From Patescibacteria group bacterium (GTDB taxonomy: Bacteria; Patescibacteriota; Minisyncoccia; Phycocordibacterales; UBA9973), in the NCBI GenBank assembly GCA_040390725.1, contig JAZJXT010000006.1:367-64366 (forward strand): 64,000 nucleotides of DNA, written 5' to 3'. Below the pieces are notes generated by a model, which had not been told where the DNA came from, made no database searches, and saw only the letters and a program-made list of their open reading frames with translations. Position 1 is the stretch's first letter. Each line of letters begins with the position of its first letter. This document shows, piece after piece, positions 35,336 through 46,211 of the stretch. The translations under genes were made by a program, and so were the position numbers.

Positions 35336-35866
35336 TCAGACTTGTGTTAGTTCAAAAAGAACAACTTTTTCATACCTACGGGAGGGAGAAAGCCTGTCTG
35401 TAAAATAACAAAATTTAGGCGTTATTCCAATATATAATTTCCCTCCATTGGAAGGAAAAACAGCTATTGAATCTCCTTCCTGAAAAAAAAGATGAGGATT
35501 ACTTTGAAAAATTCTCAATATCTGCCACGGAGAAAAATTCCGGCCTTGAAAGGCGACATCCGCAGGACAAACATCTTCCTGAATGGAGGTACTGAAAAAA
35601 TCTTTTGCAGTTCGTTCAACACCAGGGAAGCTTATTCGAGAGTCGAAAGTATTAAAATCACGGACTGTATCCGCGTTAAAATTTCCACCCACTGTGGCTT
35701 CCACTGCGTGTTTTAAGCTGCAGAAAGTTTCCGGGTAGTTGCAACCCGCTATGGCCTTTTTTAAAATCAACGAAGCTTTTTCGTCAAGATTGATTTTCAA
35801 TAATTGAATAAGGCCATTCAATAATGTTCTTGTGCCGGGCATGCCGACTGTTATTGTGTCTCCCAT
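35336..35866 (-). CDS. orphan hypothetical protein
   Basis: 176 aa ORF. Confidence 0.6.
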   Translation of the reverse strand: MGDTITVGMPGTRTLLNGLIQLLKINLDEKASLILKKAIAGCNYPETFCSLKHAVEATVGGNFNADTVRDFNTFDSRISFPGVERTAKDFFSTSIQEDVCPADVAFQGRNFSPWQILRIFQSNPHLFFQEGDSIAVFPSNGGKLYIGITPKFCYFTDRLSPSRRYEKVVLFELTQV

Positions 35867-35999
35867 CGCTTTTTTAAAGCTAGTTTCTGCCCGCGTTTAG
35901 TAGCGGAACTACACTTTTTCACTATTCGAATATTAAGAACAATGAACCAAATTCATTTTCTACTTATTGAGATATTTTGCAAATAAAAACTGTGGATAA

Positions 36000-38774
36000 C
36001 TAATCGCTCTGTCTTTCGTATTTTGCCATGATTTCGGCCTCTACCTCTTCCCTATCCCTGCCATATTTTAGATATGAAAGCTCTTTTAGGCTGTCCACTA
36101 TCTCAACATTCCCGGCCTCTGGTGCAAGGGTATGCATATTAAAAGGCTTTGTCGGCTGGCCATTTACCAGCATGCTCACATAAGCATTATAATTATCAAG
36201 CTTCATGATATCTATCGCTTTAAAAGTCGGCTGAAATCTTTTTTCCAAAAAATCTGCATCTTCGGAGCTGACGCGGAAAATAGCCATCGAACCGACGTTA
36301 CCAAAAACAGCATCTTTGATATCATCTTCGAGCTGAGCTATATACTGGTGCGCAATATTTAACGACAAACGATATTTACGAGCTTCGGAAAGAATCGAAG
36401 CGATAGAATCAGTCGTGACGTTTTGGAATTCATCTATATACAAATAAAAATCATTCATCTTTTTACCAAACATATCAACACGAGAAAGAGCCGCCATTTG
36501 TATTTTACCCACGAGCACGAGACCTATCAAATTCGCATTCATCTCGCCCAGGCGCCCCTTGGAAAGGTTCACAAGAAGAATTTTTTTATTGTCCATAATT
36601 TCTCGAAAATTAAAAACGGACTTTTCTTGGAGCACTACGGGACGCATGATGTCATTTGAAATAAAGTTATCAAATTTGGAAGTAATATAAGGCACGAAGT
36701 TCGCCAAACTTTGATCTCCCGTCGTCTGCTCGGCTGAAATCCAGAATTGCTTGATGATAGGATTTTTACATTTTGCGAGTTTCATATCACGAAATTCTTT
36801 ATCACCGAGTACGCGCGAAATCTCGAGCAAAGTACAGCCGGAATCCGGGTCTTCCATTATTAAAAAAGCGGAGTTTTTAAAATACTGTTCGAACATCGGC
36901 CCACCGGAAGTTTTCATGTCGAAAAGTTTATTAAAAATTCCCATCAATTCATTTACCACAAAAGTTTTCTGCTCAGGATATTTGCGGTCAAATTCGAGCA
37001 TATTTAGGCCCATCGGGCGCGCAGTGTAGGCAGGGTCAAAATAAATAACATCATCAATGCGCTCTTTTGGAATACGCGAAAGAATAGTCTGAATATCTGT
37101 GCCGTGCGGATCAATATAACAACAACCATCACCATTTCGTATGTCTTGCGTTATCATGTTCAACATAATATTGGTCTTACCGGTACCCGTCTGACCTATA
37201 ACATACATATGTCGCACGCGGTCCTCGCGAGCCATATGTATTTCAGTGTCGCGCCCACGATAGCTATTTACTCCCAAGGTAATCCCCTCTTTGCCCATCT
37301 CCAAAGGAGCCGGAGCGACTCCTGCCTTTGCTTCTTTGAGTTGAGGCATTCCTAAAATTCCTATCGGGAAATGAAAAACAGAAGCGAGCTCTTTTAAGTT
37401 CATCGGCATTATTCTTTTCGGCATAAAAGCGCGATACGAAAAATCATGAAAAAATTCTTTCAGAGCGGAACCTTTTAACTGCTCAAATAAAATAGAATTG
37501 CTGGCGGGCTCGGTGAATTGATTAAAAGAAGATTCTATTTCTGCCAAGATTGATTCAGCTCTTTCTTTATTTTCAGCAGAAGCGACGACGCGAATACCGG
37601 CTTTCATAATAGTACTTTTTAATTTGTTCGCTATATTTTCAGCCGCATTTTGATCAACAGACCTGCGCCCTCTCATATATTTTGGATCATTCTTTCCCTT
37701 ATTATCAAAATCACCCAAGACAAGATCTCTAGAAGCTTTCCAGATAGCTTGATGAAATTTATAAAAATTATCAGATGCATGCATTATGGATGTTCCGCTT
37801 TTTACATCGTCTAAAATCATATGAAAATCTTGAGTGAATTTTTCTCCCGCAGGAGCAAAGAGAAATTGAATAGCGGCACCCTCACCTTCTGTTTTTAATT
37901 TAGAAAAAACATTTAAAACCGTACTCATAGGATCATGCTCGATATTATCGTAAGTTTTTATCGGCAACACAGAACGCTGAGAAAAATGCGCACATGCACC
38001 GACAGAAACACCCTTGTCATTAAATACATTATAGTCATCTAAAACTTCTCGGATTTTTGCATCATGATAAAAAGCTAAAACTTGTTTTTCAAAAAGTGAA
38101 ATACGATTGTTTGGTATTGCAGCATAAATAACCACTGAATCGCTCTGGCTACCCAAGGCTACTTCCAAAACAAAATAATTATCCTTGGAATTATTCCTAT
38201 CTTCGGATATGGACTGCATGCCGGCATAAAATTGTTCCATCGCGCCGATAAATTCTTTGAAACCTTTTTTATCGCCTTCATCTTTTGGCGGAGGCAATGT
38301 GACTTCAAAAAGCGTCATATTTAAAGACTTCCAAAGAGGTGTGCCTTCTTTTAAGCCGGGTATTATTTGCCCTGTACTTAAATATTGAATCAATAGTCTA
38401 TGAAAATCATCATCGATATGCGGGCTATTCATTTCCTCAACTACAGACATGGCATTGCGAATTCCTTTTGTAAGCATAATACCCAAGAGCTCTTCCATGG
38501 TAGCATCATGAGGCTCCGGTTTTAATTTTAGAACGATGGCTTCGGCTTCTTTTTTTTCAATGATATGATTTTTATGCACGGCTTGCTCTAGTGGAATTTT
38601 TTTATATTCATGAGCAACAGCCCGAGCTGCTTCTTCGGCAGCATGTTCAAAATGCCCTTTGTCTTTTAATTCCTGTTCTTTTTTAGCGACATGCGCGCGC
38701 AAATAATCAAGCTCTTCATGGGGAGTTTGAAACTTCGGCATTTCTTTTAAAAAACTTCCTGCAGTTCCTAACAT
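36000..38774 (-). CDS. VirD4/TrwB/TraD-like coupling ATPase
   Basis: RHMYVIGQTGTGKT, IDPHG, YIDEFQN, EARKY.L.L..AHQ. Confidence 0.88.
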   Translation of the reverse strand: MLGTAGSFLKEMPKFQTPHEELDYLRAHVAKKEQELKDKGHFEHAAEEAARAVAHEYKKIPLEQAVHKNHIIEKKEAEAIVLKLKPEPHDATMEELLGIMLTKGIRNAMSVVEEMNSPHIDDDFHRLLIQYLSTGQIIPGLKEGTPLWKSLNMTLFEVTLPPPKDEGDKKGFKEFIGAMEQFYAGMQSISEDRNNSKDNYFVLEVALGSQSDSVVIYAAIPNNRISLFEKQVLAFYHDAKIREVLDDYNVFNDKGVSVGACAHFSQRSVLPIKTYDNIEHDPMSTVLNVFSKLKTEGEGAAIQFLFAPAGEKFTQDFHMILDDVKSGTSIMHASDNFYKFHQAIWKASRDLVLGDFDNKGKNDPKYMRGRRSVDQNAAENIANKLKSTIMKAGIRVVASAENKERAESILAEIESSFNQFTEPASNSILFEQLKGSALKEFFHDFSYRAFMPKRIMPMNLKELASVFHFPIGILGMPQLKEAKAGVAPAPLEMGKEGITLGVNSYRGRDTEIHMAREDRVRHMYVIGQTGTGKTNIMLNMITQDIRNGDGCCYIDPHGTDIQTILSRIPKERIDDVIYFDPAYTARPMGLNMLEFDRKYPEQKTFVVNELMGIFNKLFDMKTSGGPMFEQYFKNSAFLIMEDPDSGCTLLEISRVLGDKEFRDMKLAKCKNPIIKQFWISAEQTTGDQSLANFVPYITSKFDNFISNDIMRPVVLQEKSVFNFREIMDNKKILLVNLSKGRLGEMNANLIGLVLVGKIQMAALSRVDMFGKKMNDFYLYIDEFQNVTTDSIASILSEARKYRLSLNIAHQYIAQLEDDIKDAVFGNVGSMAIFRVSSEDADFLEKRFQPTFKAIDIMKLDNYNAYVSMLVNGQPTKPFNMHTLAPEAGNVEIVDSLKELSYLKYGRDREEVEAEIMAKYERQSD

Positions 38775-38817
38775 ACCTTAATTATACAATAAATAAAATA
38801 AAAATGTGTATTTATAT

Positions 38818-39591
38818 TTATCTAGAAGTTAAAATTTCTGCTTCGCCGTCGGTGATGGCAATAGTGTTTTCGAAATGCGCGCTGCGCTTGCCATCGGATG
38901 TGCGGAAAGTATAGCCGTCTTTATCGATTGTCACATTTTTGGTGCCATTATTTAACATCGGCTCGATAGCTATGACCATACCTTTTACCAGTTTCGCGCC
39001 CGTGCCCTTTTTGCCAAAATTCGGAATATATGGATCTTCGTGAATTGCTTTACCTACTCCATGCCCGGAAAGAACTTCTACAATGCCGAATTTGCCTTGA
39101 GATTTTACAAAGTTTTCTATAGCGTAGCCAATATCCCCCACTCTATTGCCTACTCGCGCAGCATCGATGCCGACGTGCAATGCTCTCTCAGTAATATCCA
39201 TGAGTTTTTCTGATTGAGCATTGACCTTGCCGACAGGCACCGTGAGAGCCATATCAGTATAGAGTTCTTTGTGCATCAAACCTAAATCAATCGAAACAAT
39301 ATCCCCTTCTTTTAATATTTTTTCTTCACTGGGAATGCCATGCACGACTTCTTCATTTACTGAAACACAAAGAGATGCCGGATAAGGAGTCTTGGCACCT
39401 TCTGGGCGATAATTTAAAAATGCCGGATAATCCCCGCCGTCTCGTATTAATTTTTCCGCATATCTATCCAAATCTTTTGTAGAAATTCCCGGAGCCACCA
39501 TGTCTTTTACTTTATACAAAACAGTCGCGAGCCTCCTGCCCCCTTCACGCAGTATTTCTATTTCTTCCGGTGTTTTTATTATAATTGCCAT
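38818..39591 (-). CDS. map: methionine aminopeptidase type I
   Basis: SVNEEVVHGIP, GHGVG..IHEDP, AIEPM, SAHFE. Confidence 0.97.
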   Translation of the reverse strand: MAIIIKTPEEIEILREGGRRLATVLYKVKDMVAPGISTKDLDRYAEKLIRDGGDYPAFLNYRPEGAKTPYPASLCVSVNEEVVHGIPSEEKILKEGDIVSIDLGLMHKELYTDMALTVPVGKVNAQSEKLMDITERALHVGIDAARVGNRVGDIGYAIENFVKSQGKFGIVEVLSGHGVGKAIHEDPYIPNFGKKGTGAKLVKGMVIAIEPMLNNGTKNVTIDKDGYTFRTSDGKRSAHFENTIAITDGEAEILTSR

Positions 39592-39595
39592 AAAT

Positions 39596-40276
39596 TTATG
39601 ATATTACCGTTCCCAAAAAATCTTCCCCATTTAAACATCTTTCCAAATTCGAAATATTTTTTCCGTTTAAAATCATGACTTGCATTTTATCTTCTTCTGC
39701 GAGCTTGGAAGCGATAGGGTCAAAAGGAGAAGAAAGCCCCGGGTTCCATTCACTCGGTATTAACTTTCGATATTCTTGCCAGCTAATTTTCTCTATCTTT
39801 TTTGCATCCGGAAATTTATTCGGATCTTTATCATAAGCATAATCAATATTGGAAAGATTGATAACTTTTTTGGCACCTGTTGAAACTGCCGCTAAAACCG
39901 CATCCAAATCAGTGCTTTGCCCCGGCTCACAAGCCGAGCCTATTATTATAGGTTTTCCTAAATTTAAATTCTGGTGTAAATCCGCAATGACTTTTTCATA
40001 AGCAACATCTCCAAAAATTACTCGCAATAATTCCGCATTTAATTTGAGCGATGCAATACCTATCCAATCCAAATCTACATTTGATGGATTCGATAATTCT
40101 TTCGCAACATTTTGGTATTTCCTGCAAATTTTTCCTCCACCAGTAATGATGACGAATTTTTTTCCTTTTTGTACTTGTGATAAAATTAAATTTTTAAAAT
40201 CTTTCAAAAACCCTGTATCTATTTCTTCAGGAATAATGAGCGAGCCCCCTAATGAAATTATTATTGTTTCTTCCAT
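39596..40276 (-). CDS. pyrH: UMP kinase (archaeal-type)
   Basis: ISLGGS, TGGG..CR.YQ, PGQSTD, DPNK. Confidence 0.9.
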   Translation of the reverse strand: MEETIIISLGGSLIIPEEIDTGFLKDFKNLILSQVQKGKKFVIITGGGKICRKYQNVAKELSNPSNVDLDWIGIASLKLNAELLRVIFGDVAYEKVIADLHQNLNLGKPIIIGSACEPGQSTDLDAVLAAVSTGAKKVINLSNIDYAYDKDPNKFPDAKKIEKISWQEYRKLIPSEWNPGLSSPFDPIASKLAEEDKMQVMILNGKNISNLERCLNGEDFLGTVIS

Positions 40277-40277
40277 G

Positions 40278-40865
40278 TTAATATCCTAAAGCTTTAATAA
40301 TATCTTTTTGCACATCTTCGACGGACTGCTCGCCATTTACGGTAAAAAGTTCATAGCCTTGCTTGCCTTTAAAATAATTCATTGAAGGAATTACATTATT
40401 TACATATTCATCAAATCTTTTTTCAATGCCTTCCCTGGTATCATCAGCCCTGCCTCGCAATAAATTTCTTTTCATTGCTTCTTCTCGGCCTACTTCGATA
40501 TAAATTATTTTTACCTTTTCTCTTCTAAAAAATTTTATCATTTTTTCAAATGATTCTGCCTGTACTAAAGTGCGAGGATAACCATCCGCTATCAAATTTT
40601 TTTCATCAGACAAAGAAGAAGTCAAAATACTAGTGAAAATAGAAGTGGTTAAAAAATCAGGCTGGAGCTCCCCGCGAGCCATAGAGTCTTTTATCAAATA
40701 CCCAACATGATTGCCGGACTCTACTAGCTTCCTGTATTCATTTCCGGGATAAGCGCAAATAGTTTCCTTGGATGTCTTCTCTTTCAAGAAGTCCATCAGG
40801 AGCTTTATTTGTGTGCCCTTGCCGGAACCAACTATACCAAAAAATACTAAAGTTTCACTTTTCAT
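40278..40865 (-). CDS. adk: adenylate kinase family (short LID)
   Basis: G.VGSGKGTQ, DGYPR, RGR.DD. Confidence 0.85.
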   Translation of the reverse strand: MKSETLVFFGIVGSGKGTQIKLLMDFLKEKTSKETICAYPGNEYRKLVESGNHVGYLIKDSMARGELQPDFLTTSIFTSILTSSLSDEKNLIADGYPRTLVQAESFEKMIKFFRREKVKIIYIEVGREEAMKRNLLRGRADDTREGIEKRFDEYVNNVIPSMNYFKGKQGYELFTVNGEQSVEDVQKDIIKALGY

Positions 40866-40901
40866 ATATCAACAATACAGGATTTGTGCATAATAATCAA
40901 G

Positions 40902-40987
40902 ATTCCCCTCTTGAGGGGTGGCTCGCTTTAGCGAGACAATACTCCACCTCCCCCGCCTTCAAGGCGGGTACTCCTCAAGAGGAGAAT
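40902..40987. repeat. REP/REPIN-like family A, copy 1
   Basis: ATTCCCCTCTTGAGGGGTGG...TCCACCTCCCC...GGGTACTCCTCAAGAGGAGAAT. Confidence 0.9.
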
Positions 40988-41032
40988 TAAATCCGAGGTG
41001 AATTTAAAAACAAATTGTGCTTTAATGTATAT

Positions 41033-41599
41033 ATGAAAAGAGAAATCATAACAATAGCCGGAGCGCCTGGCAGTGGCAAGTCCAGCACTGCGGACCTAGT
41101 AGCTAAAAACCTTAACTTTCAGCGTTTTTCATCGGGAGATTTCATGAGAAAAATTGCGCTCGAAATGGGGATAACAATAAATGAACTACAAACAGTCGCA
41201 GAGAATGACAAGACAATAGATTACAAAATTGATGAAGAAGTTAAAAAAGCCGGAGAACTAAACAAGGTGGTTATTGATTCCAGATTGGCATTTCACTGGA
41301 TGCCGGGTAGCTTCAAAGTTTACCTCGACCTCCCCCCACAAATAGCCAAGCAAAGAATTTTAAATAATTTAAAAACAAATCTTCTCAGACAAAAAAGTGA
41401 AGGCTCTTCTGATATAGAAGAAATTTACCAAAAAATAACAAGCCGTCTGGAAAGTGAAAAAAAGAGATACAAAGAACTTTATGATATAGACCATATGGAT
41501 AAAAATAATTTCGATCTGATAGTGGACACCGACAAAAATAATTTACAGGAAGTCGTAAAAATAATTACTGCCAAATATCAAGAATGGCTGGAAAAATAA
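41033..41599 (+). CDS. cmk: cytidylate kinase (archaeal-type)
   Basis: ITIAGAPGSGKS, SGD..R.IA, DSRLA, KRYKELY.ID; start set at ATG 41033. Confidence 0.85.
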   Translation: MKREIITIAGAPGSGKSSTADLVAKNLNFQRFSSGDFMRKIALEMGITINELQTVAENDKTIDYKIDEEVKKAGELNKVVIDSRLAFHWMPGSFKVYLDLPPQIAKQRILNNLKTNLLRQKSEGSSDIEEIYQKITSRLESEKKRYKELYDIDHMDKNNFDLIVDTDKNNLQEVVKIITAKYQEWLEK

Positions 41600-41677
41600 T
41601 AAGCTATCAAGCCTATTACTATCATCACAATAAAAATAATTAAAGTTTTAAAAAAATGTTTTGTAATCATTTTATTT

Positions 41678-41860
41678 TTATCTATAACCCATAAAATACA
41701 AAATCACTGCTAAGATAATAAGAATAAATACCAAGACATAAGGTATATTCCACCACCAATTTTTTTTATCCATGTGTTTTTCAAATTTCTCATAGCCATC
41801 AGTCACGATAAAAACAGGCAGAACCACCATCACAAAATAAAGAAAAAATATTATAGGCAT
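41678..41860 (-). CDS. small two-TM membrane protein
   Basis: 60 aa hydrophobic ORF. Confidence 0.5.
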   Translation of the reverse strand: MPIIFFLYFVMVVLPVFIVTDGYEKFEKHMDKKNWWWNIPYVLVFILIILAVILYFMGYR

Positions 41861-41884
41861 AATTTTTTTATAAACTTGATATTT

Positions 41885-43573
41885 TTAATGTAAACTATTA
41901 CTTAAATAAGCCCTGGTCTTTGGGCCAAAATATCCGGAGGCAGGAATTATACCTACAACATTTTGCCATTCAATCATTGCAGCCTTGGTAAGTTTGCCGA
42001 AATTTCCATTTTTGCCAACCTTGGACAGAGCCCTAGCTTCCAGACCTTTATCCTGATGAATCAAAAAATCCTGCAGAGCCATCACTGCCTTACCTTTACT
42101 TCCCAAGCCAAGATTTATTGTAATATCTTTTATTGACGAAACAGCCACAAATTTAAAAGATTTGGAGGGTACCAGAACTGAAGACTTGGCCAGAGAATTT
42201 ACAGTCAACACATTGATATTATCTGATACCGTCGCTGACCCTACGCCTAAAGAATTTTTAAATTTCACATAAACAGTCTGCACTCCATCTCCAGCTGAAA
42301 GTGTCCATGATTTCTTCTGAGTGAAAGGCACCCATGACGCTCCAAGAAAAGAATTATTATTTGCAATCATCATTTGAGTAGCACCCTGACTGAAAAGAGT
42401 TAAAATGACATTAGAAGAAGGAGCCCCAGCCTCGCCATTATTTATCAAAACTGAAGCATGAGTAGTATTTGGTATGTTTAAAATATTTATTGTGGCTGTA
42501 TTTGTTGTTGTCGTACTCGTAGTATCCACAGGTGTTACATCTGGCTCAACATAAGAAGATGTAGTATGACGAATAGTTTGAACACTACCATTTACTACCG
42601 CTGTATCAGTCGGGCCGTCATTAGTCGATGCTACGAACACACCGACATCGTCTCCATTTACTATGCCATCACTGCCACTGTCAACATAAACAGGAATTTC
42701 AAAATTTAAAGTTCTAACATTAGTCGCAGTTGGGGTAATATTTGCTGTAATAAAAATTCTCAAACCTCCATTTGGAATAGCTGTTGTTAATCCGCTCAAA
42801 TTCCATTTTTGATTATTAGATGTCACAGTCATTAAGCCCAAATCAGTATCACTGCCTGCATTGAAAATATTATCACCATCATCTACCCAAGCATGCACAG
42901 CAGAAATATCAGTACTATTTACCGCAGTGCCGATATTTTGCACACCGAGACCTGTCAGCTTGTCATCTCTTCTGTCAAAAACCCCATTTGATGCAGATCC
43001 ACCCGCAGTACCGTTGTCATAAAAAATATCTTCACCAGCTTGATACTTGCCATCACTATTGGCATCACTAAATGCCCATGTATTGTTAACGTTAGACATT
43101 GGTCCAAAAAGAGGACCAGATCCTAATATAAAAGACATTGCGCCACTGGTACAAGTCGTATCGTTGGAAATAAAGACTTGCTCGCCAATATTAAAAGGAG
43201 GGATTAAGCTTTTTGCACAAAGCGAGACAAGTCCGGAAGGACTTTGGCTATCCACGATATCAACAGCACCAAAAGGTACTAAAGGTGCACCCTGATATAT
43301 CGCGGTAAAACTTCCACTACCGTTAGTAGTAGAACCTTGTCCGGAACTTATTCCGTCCGTATCTACCACAGTATCAGCAGTAAAAGAACTTCCATTCCAC
43401 GCATCAGGAATTTTTACATCCATCACCAAGACATTCGTATCACCTCTGTGCACTGTCGCTGTCGGAGCGACGTTGTTCGTAATATTAGTCGCCAAGGAAG
43501 CACTAGCAAGAGACGGGAGTTGAGAAAAAATTAAGCCAGCAATTATAAATACACTTTTTATAACTTTATTCAT
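41885..43573 (-). CDS. secreted surface protein with C-terminal peptidoglycan-binding domain
   Basis: Signal peptide; LGLGSKG..V..LQ.FL...G.FG..T...WQ...GYFGPKTRA; Ca-binding-like DxDxDG motifs. Confidence 0.8.
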   Translation of the reverse strand: MNKVIKSVFIIAGLIFSQLPSLASASLATNITNNVAPTATVHRGDTNVLVMDVKIPDAWNGSSFTADTVVDTDGISSGQGSTTNGSGSFTAIYQGAPLVPFGAVDIVDSQSPSGLVSLCAKSLIPPFNIGEQVFISNDTTCTSGAMSFILGSGPLFGPMSNVNNTWAFSDANSDGKYQAGEDIFYDNGTAGGSASNGVFDRRDDKLTGLGVQNIGTAVNSTDISAVHAWVDDGDNIFNAGSDTDLGLMTVTSNNQKWNLSGLTTAIPNGGLRIFITANITPTATNVRTLNFEIPVYVDSGSDGIVNGDDVGVFVASTNDGPTDTAVVNGSVQTIRHTTSSYVEPDVTPVDTTSTTTTNTATINILNIPNTTHASVLINNGEAGAPSSNVILTLFSQGATQMMIANNNSFLGASWVPFTQKKSWTLSAGDGVQTVYVKFKNSLGVGSATVSDNINVLTVNSLAKSSVLVPSKSFKFVAVSSIKDITINLGLGSKGKAVMALQDFLIHQDKGLEARALSKVGKNGNFGKLTKAAMIEWQNVVGIIPASGYFGPKTRAYLSNSLH

Positions 43574-43617
43574 CAGTAAATTATAACATAATTGCAAAAA
43601 AAAATACGCAAGAATTT

Positions 43618-43708
43618 ATTCCCCTCTTGAGGGGTGGACTTTGTATCCAAAGGACGGGGTGGAAGAATTCATCCACCTCCCCCTGCGGGTACTCCTCAAG
43701 AGGAGAAT
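43618..43708. repeat. REP/REPIN-like family A, copy 2
   Basis: Same ends as 40902-40987. Confidence 0.9.
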
Positions 43709-43758
43709 CAAAAAAAACACCCTCTCGGGTGTTTTTTTGTTAATAACAAATTTATTAT

Positions 43759-45711
43759 TTATTCGTTATCCCCTGCCTCCATTTTCATTTTAGCTTTTGT
43801 CTTTGGACCTACGAGACCATCAGCTACGAGATCATGAGCCTTTTGCCATTTCTTTATTACAGAAATAGTCTTTGGACCAAGCTTTCCATCAACTACCAAA
43901 CCAAGATTAAGAAGTTGATTAAGAAGTTTTTGAAGTTCCATAACTGCATCACCTTTACTGCCATTCTTTAGAGTCATTGTGCCCAAATTAAATGGACCAT
44001 GAGCCTTTACGCCTTCGTTGTTTACGCAAAGATCGCCAGTAGAAGTGTTGTATTTATTTCCTCCGGAACATCCTGGAGACATTGTTGTCTCAGTTACTGC
44101 AGGAGTAGTAGGAGTCGCTGCTGTAACTGTAATAGTCACAGGAGTTTCACTCTGTGCTACTGTCGAAGTAGTCGAACCGGAAGGCGTAGGAGGTGTGCAA
44201 GTTGGGTAGTCAGTCGCGCCGTTTGAACAAATAGATGTACATGCTGGATAGTCAGTAGCTCCATTATCACAAACAAAATTATTACTGCTTGGTCGGCGAG
44301 CAACATCTACTGTGCCTGTTCCGGCAGCAGCAAAGTAAAAATCACTTGTATGGTCTGGAGTTGGAGATGCACCTACATTAGTTGAACCCCAAACACCAGC
44401 GCTTTTATATCCCCCATAAACCTTCATAGTGTCAGAGCTAGAAGCCCCTACCAATACCACCGGTAATGCTGAAAGTGATGAATCAATATTGAATAACTTC
44501 GTGATAATCAAAGCGCCTCCGAAAGTTTTCACTCCGCTACCGCTCAAAGAAAGATTATAGTAAGTACCAGAAGAAGCTACATTAGTAAATTTAACTGTTT
44601 GAGCTCCACCTGTGTAATTTACATTGTTACCTGTTGCAGTAGCATCAAGGTTAAATGTAGCAGATGTTCCGCCAAGATTCAAAGTAGTAGATGCTCCTTG
44701 TGTAAGAGTTCCAGAACCTGCGAGAGCAGTTCCGACTGTTAATGTGCCATTATTTGTATATGTTCCATCAACAGTCAAACTAGGGATACTAAGAGTTCCT
44801 GTTAAAGTTTTAGTTGAACCGGACAAAGTGTGCACACCTGAACTTGCAGTAAATGTGCCGGAATTTGCCAAGCTTCCTGCGATACCCACAGTAGCTGCAG
44901 CTGTTTCAGAATATGTTCCGCCGACAGTAACGTCATCACTAAATACAAGAGTAGCAGCCGCATTAACATTCATAGTTCCACTGTCAGTAACAGCGCCAGT
45001 GAAAGTCTTTGTTCCTGTGCCGGAAATTGTCAAAGTTCCTCCGCTAGCAACATTAGTAGTATTAGAAGCAGTAAATGTGTTGCCTGCCATAGTCAATGTA
45101 GCTCCATTAGCAACACTCAATGCGCCAGTAGCAGTAAGTGTATTTGCTCCAGCAGATAATGTGCCGGAATTTACAGCCAAAGTGCCTCCGACTGTAGTTG
45201 TACCAGACAAAGAAACTGTACCAGAACCACCAACTATAACATTGTTATATGTTGTATAAGTACCCATTGCTTGTGCACCTGCACCATTAAAAGTAAGAGT
45301 GCTACCTGTTCCGTCAAAAGTTCCACCAGCACCAAAGTTACCACCTACATTAATTGCACCTGCACTAGTTGTCAAAACAGCGCTTGACCCATTAAAAGTA
45401 ATATTACCACTTACTGTCAATGTTCCACCACTTACTGTCAATGTTCCACCACCAGCAGTATTATTTATAGTAATTGACGATGCGCCTGCAGAACCCGAGG
45501 CTAAAGTGACATTATCTCCTCCAACTATAGTAACTGCATCACCTTCAACTGGGACAATGCCTCCTACCCAAGTAGCCCCTGTATTCCAAGGACCTCCCCC
45601 TCCAGTAGAAGAGATTGCCGAGGCTTCAGCTTTGTTGGCTGAGAAACCAACAAGCATCAAAGCAAAAACAAAGAAAACAGAAACAAAACGAAATATTTTT
45701 TTATTTAACAT
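43759..45711 (-). CDS. secreted G/T-rich beta-helical adhesin-like protein with C-terminal peptidoglycan-binding domain
   Basis: Signal peptide; GTLTV repeats; duplicated C.NGATDYP.C; LKNGSKG..V..LQ...DG..GPKT. Confidence 0.82.
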   Translation of the reverse strand: MLNKKIFRFVSVFFVFALMLVGFSANKAEASAISSTGGGGPWNTGATWVGGIVPVEGDAVTIVGGDNVTLASGSAGASSITINNTAGGGTLTVSGGTLTVSGNITFNGSSAVLTTSAGAINVGGNFGAGGTFDGTGSTLTFNGAGAQAMGTYTTYNNVIVGGSGTVSLSGTTTVGGTLAVNSGTLSAGANTLTATGALSVANGATLTMAGNTFTASNTTNVASGGTLTISGTGTKTFTGAVTDSGTMNVNAAATLVFSDDVTVGGTYSETAAATVGIAGSLANSGTFTASSGVHTLSGSTKTLTGTLSIPSLTVDGTYTNNGTLTVGTALAGSGTLTQGASTTLNLGGTSATFNLDATATGNNVNYTGGAQTVKFTNVASSGTYYNLSLSGSGVKTFGGALIITKLFNIDSSLSALPVVLVGASSSDTMKVYGGYKSAGVWGSTNVGASPTPDHTSDFYFAAAGTGTVDVARRPSSNNFVCDNGATDYPACTSICSNGATDYPTCTPPTPSGSTTSTVAQSETPVTITVTAATPTTPAVTETTMSPGCSGGNKYNTSTGDLCVNNEGVKAHGPFNLGTMTLKNGSKGDAVMELQKLLNQLLNLGLVVDGKLGPKTISVIKKWQKAHDLVADGLVGPKTKAKMKMEAGDNE

Positions 45712-45843
45712 AAATTTTTTAAACTTAATAATAATGAATAATAATAAAGACCTAAATAAATGCTTGCAATAAGCACTAATTATTATAACAAATAGAAAAA
45801 TACAAGGATAGTAAAGGTGTGGATAAGTCAGCTTGTCTATGTC

Positions 45844-45933
45844 CTACTTGTCATGACTGCTTTTCTTTGCCGCGATTATTAAAAGAATAATGGCAATAGC
45901 TAGCAATGCCCCCAATATATATATATTAATCAT
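45844..45933 (-). CDS. unannotated 29-aa single-TM peptide MINIYILGALLAIAIILLIIAAKKSSHDK
   Basis: ATG 11 nt downstream of the 65-aa ORF; hydrophobic core with a charged tail. Confidence 0.45.
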   Translation of the reverse strand: MINIYILGALLAIAIILLIIAAKKSSHDK

Positions 45934-45944
45934 AACATTTGTAC

Positions 45945-46142
45945 TCATAAGTTAGTTTCATTTTTTCTACTAAGAACATACATCGACCAAAAGATTATTG
46001 ACAAAATAAATCCGGAAATTACAACAGCATAATTTACCTCGACACCCATCAAGCTCGTAAGGAATACAGACGCAAAGAAAACTTGTCCTAAATCTTTACA
46101 TACTTCTCCTAAGGCTTTTGGATTTGCAAGTGAATTAAACAT
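45945..46142 (-). CDS. small two-TM membrane protein
   Basis: 65 aa; leaderless-type promoter TGTTATACT. Confidence 0.6.
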   Translation of the reverse strand: MFNSLANPKALGEVCKDLGQVFFASVFLTSLMGVEVNYAVVISGFILSIIFWSMYVLSRKNETNL

Positions 46143-46211
46143 AATCCAAGTATAACATAAAAATTAAAAAACCACTCAGTGAGAGTGGTTTTTTAATTAG
46201 AATAAATTTAT

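Noticed and set aside
36000-38774. VirD4-like ATPase as evidence of a conjugative element
   Set aside because: It sits among housekeeping genes with no relaxase, VirB4 or integrase; stand-alone copies are common in CPR chromosomes
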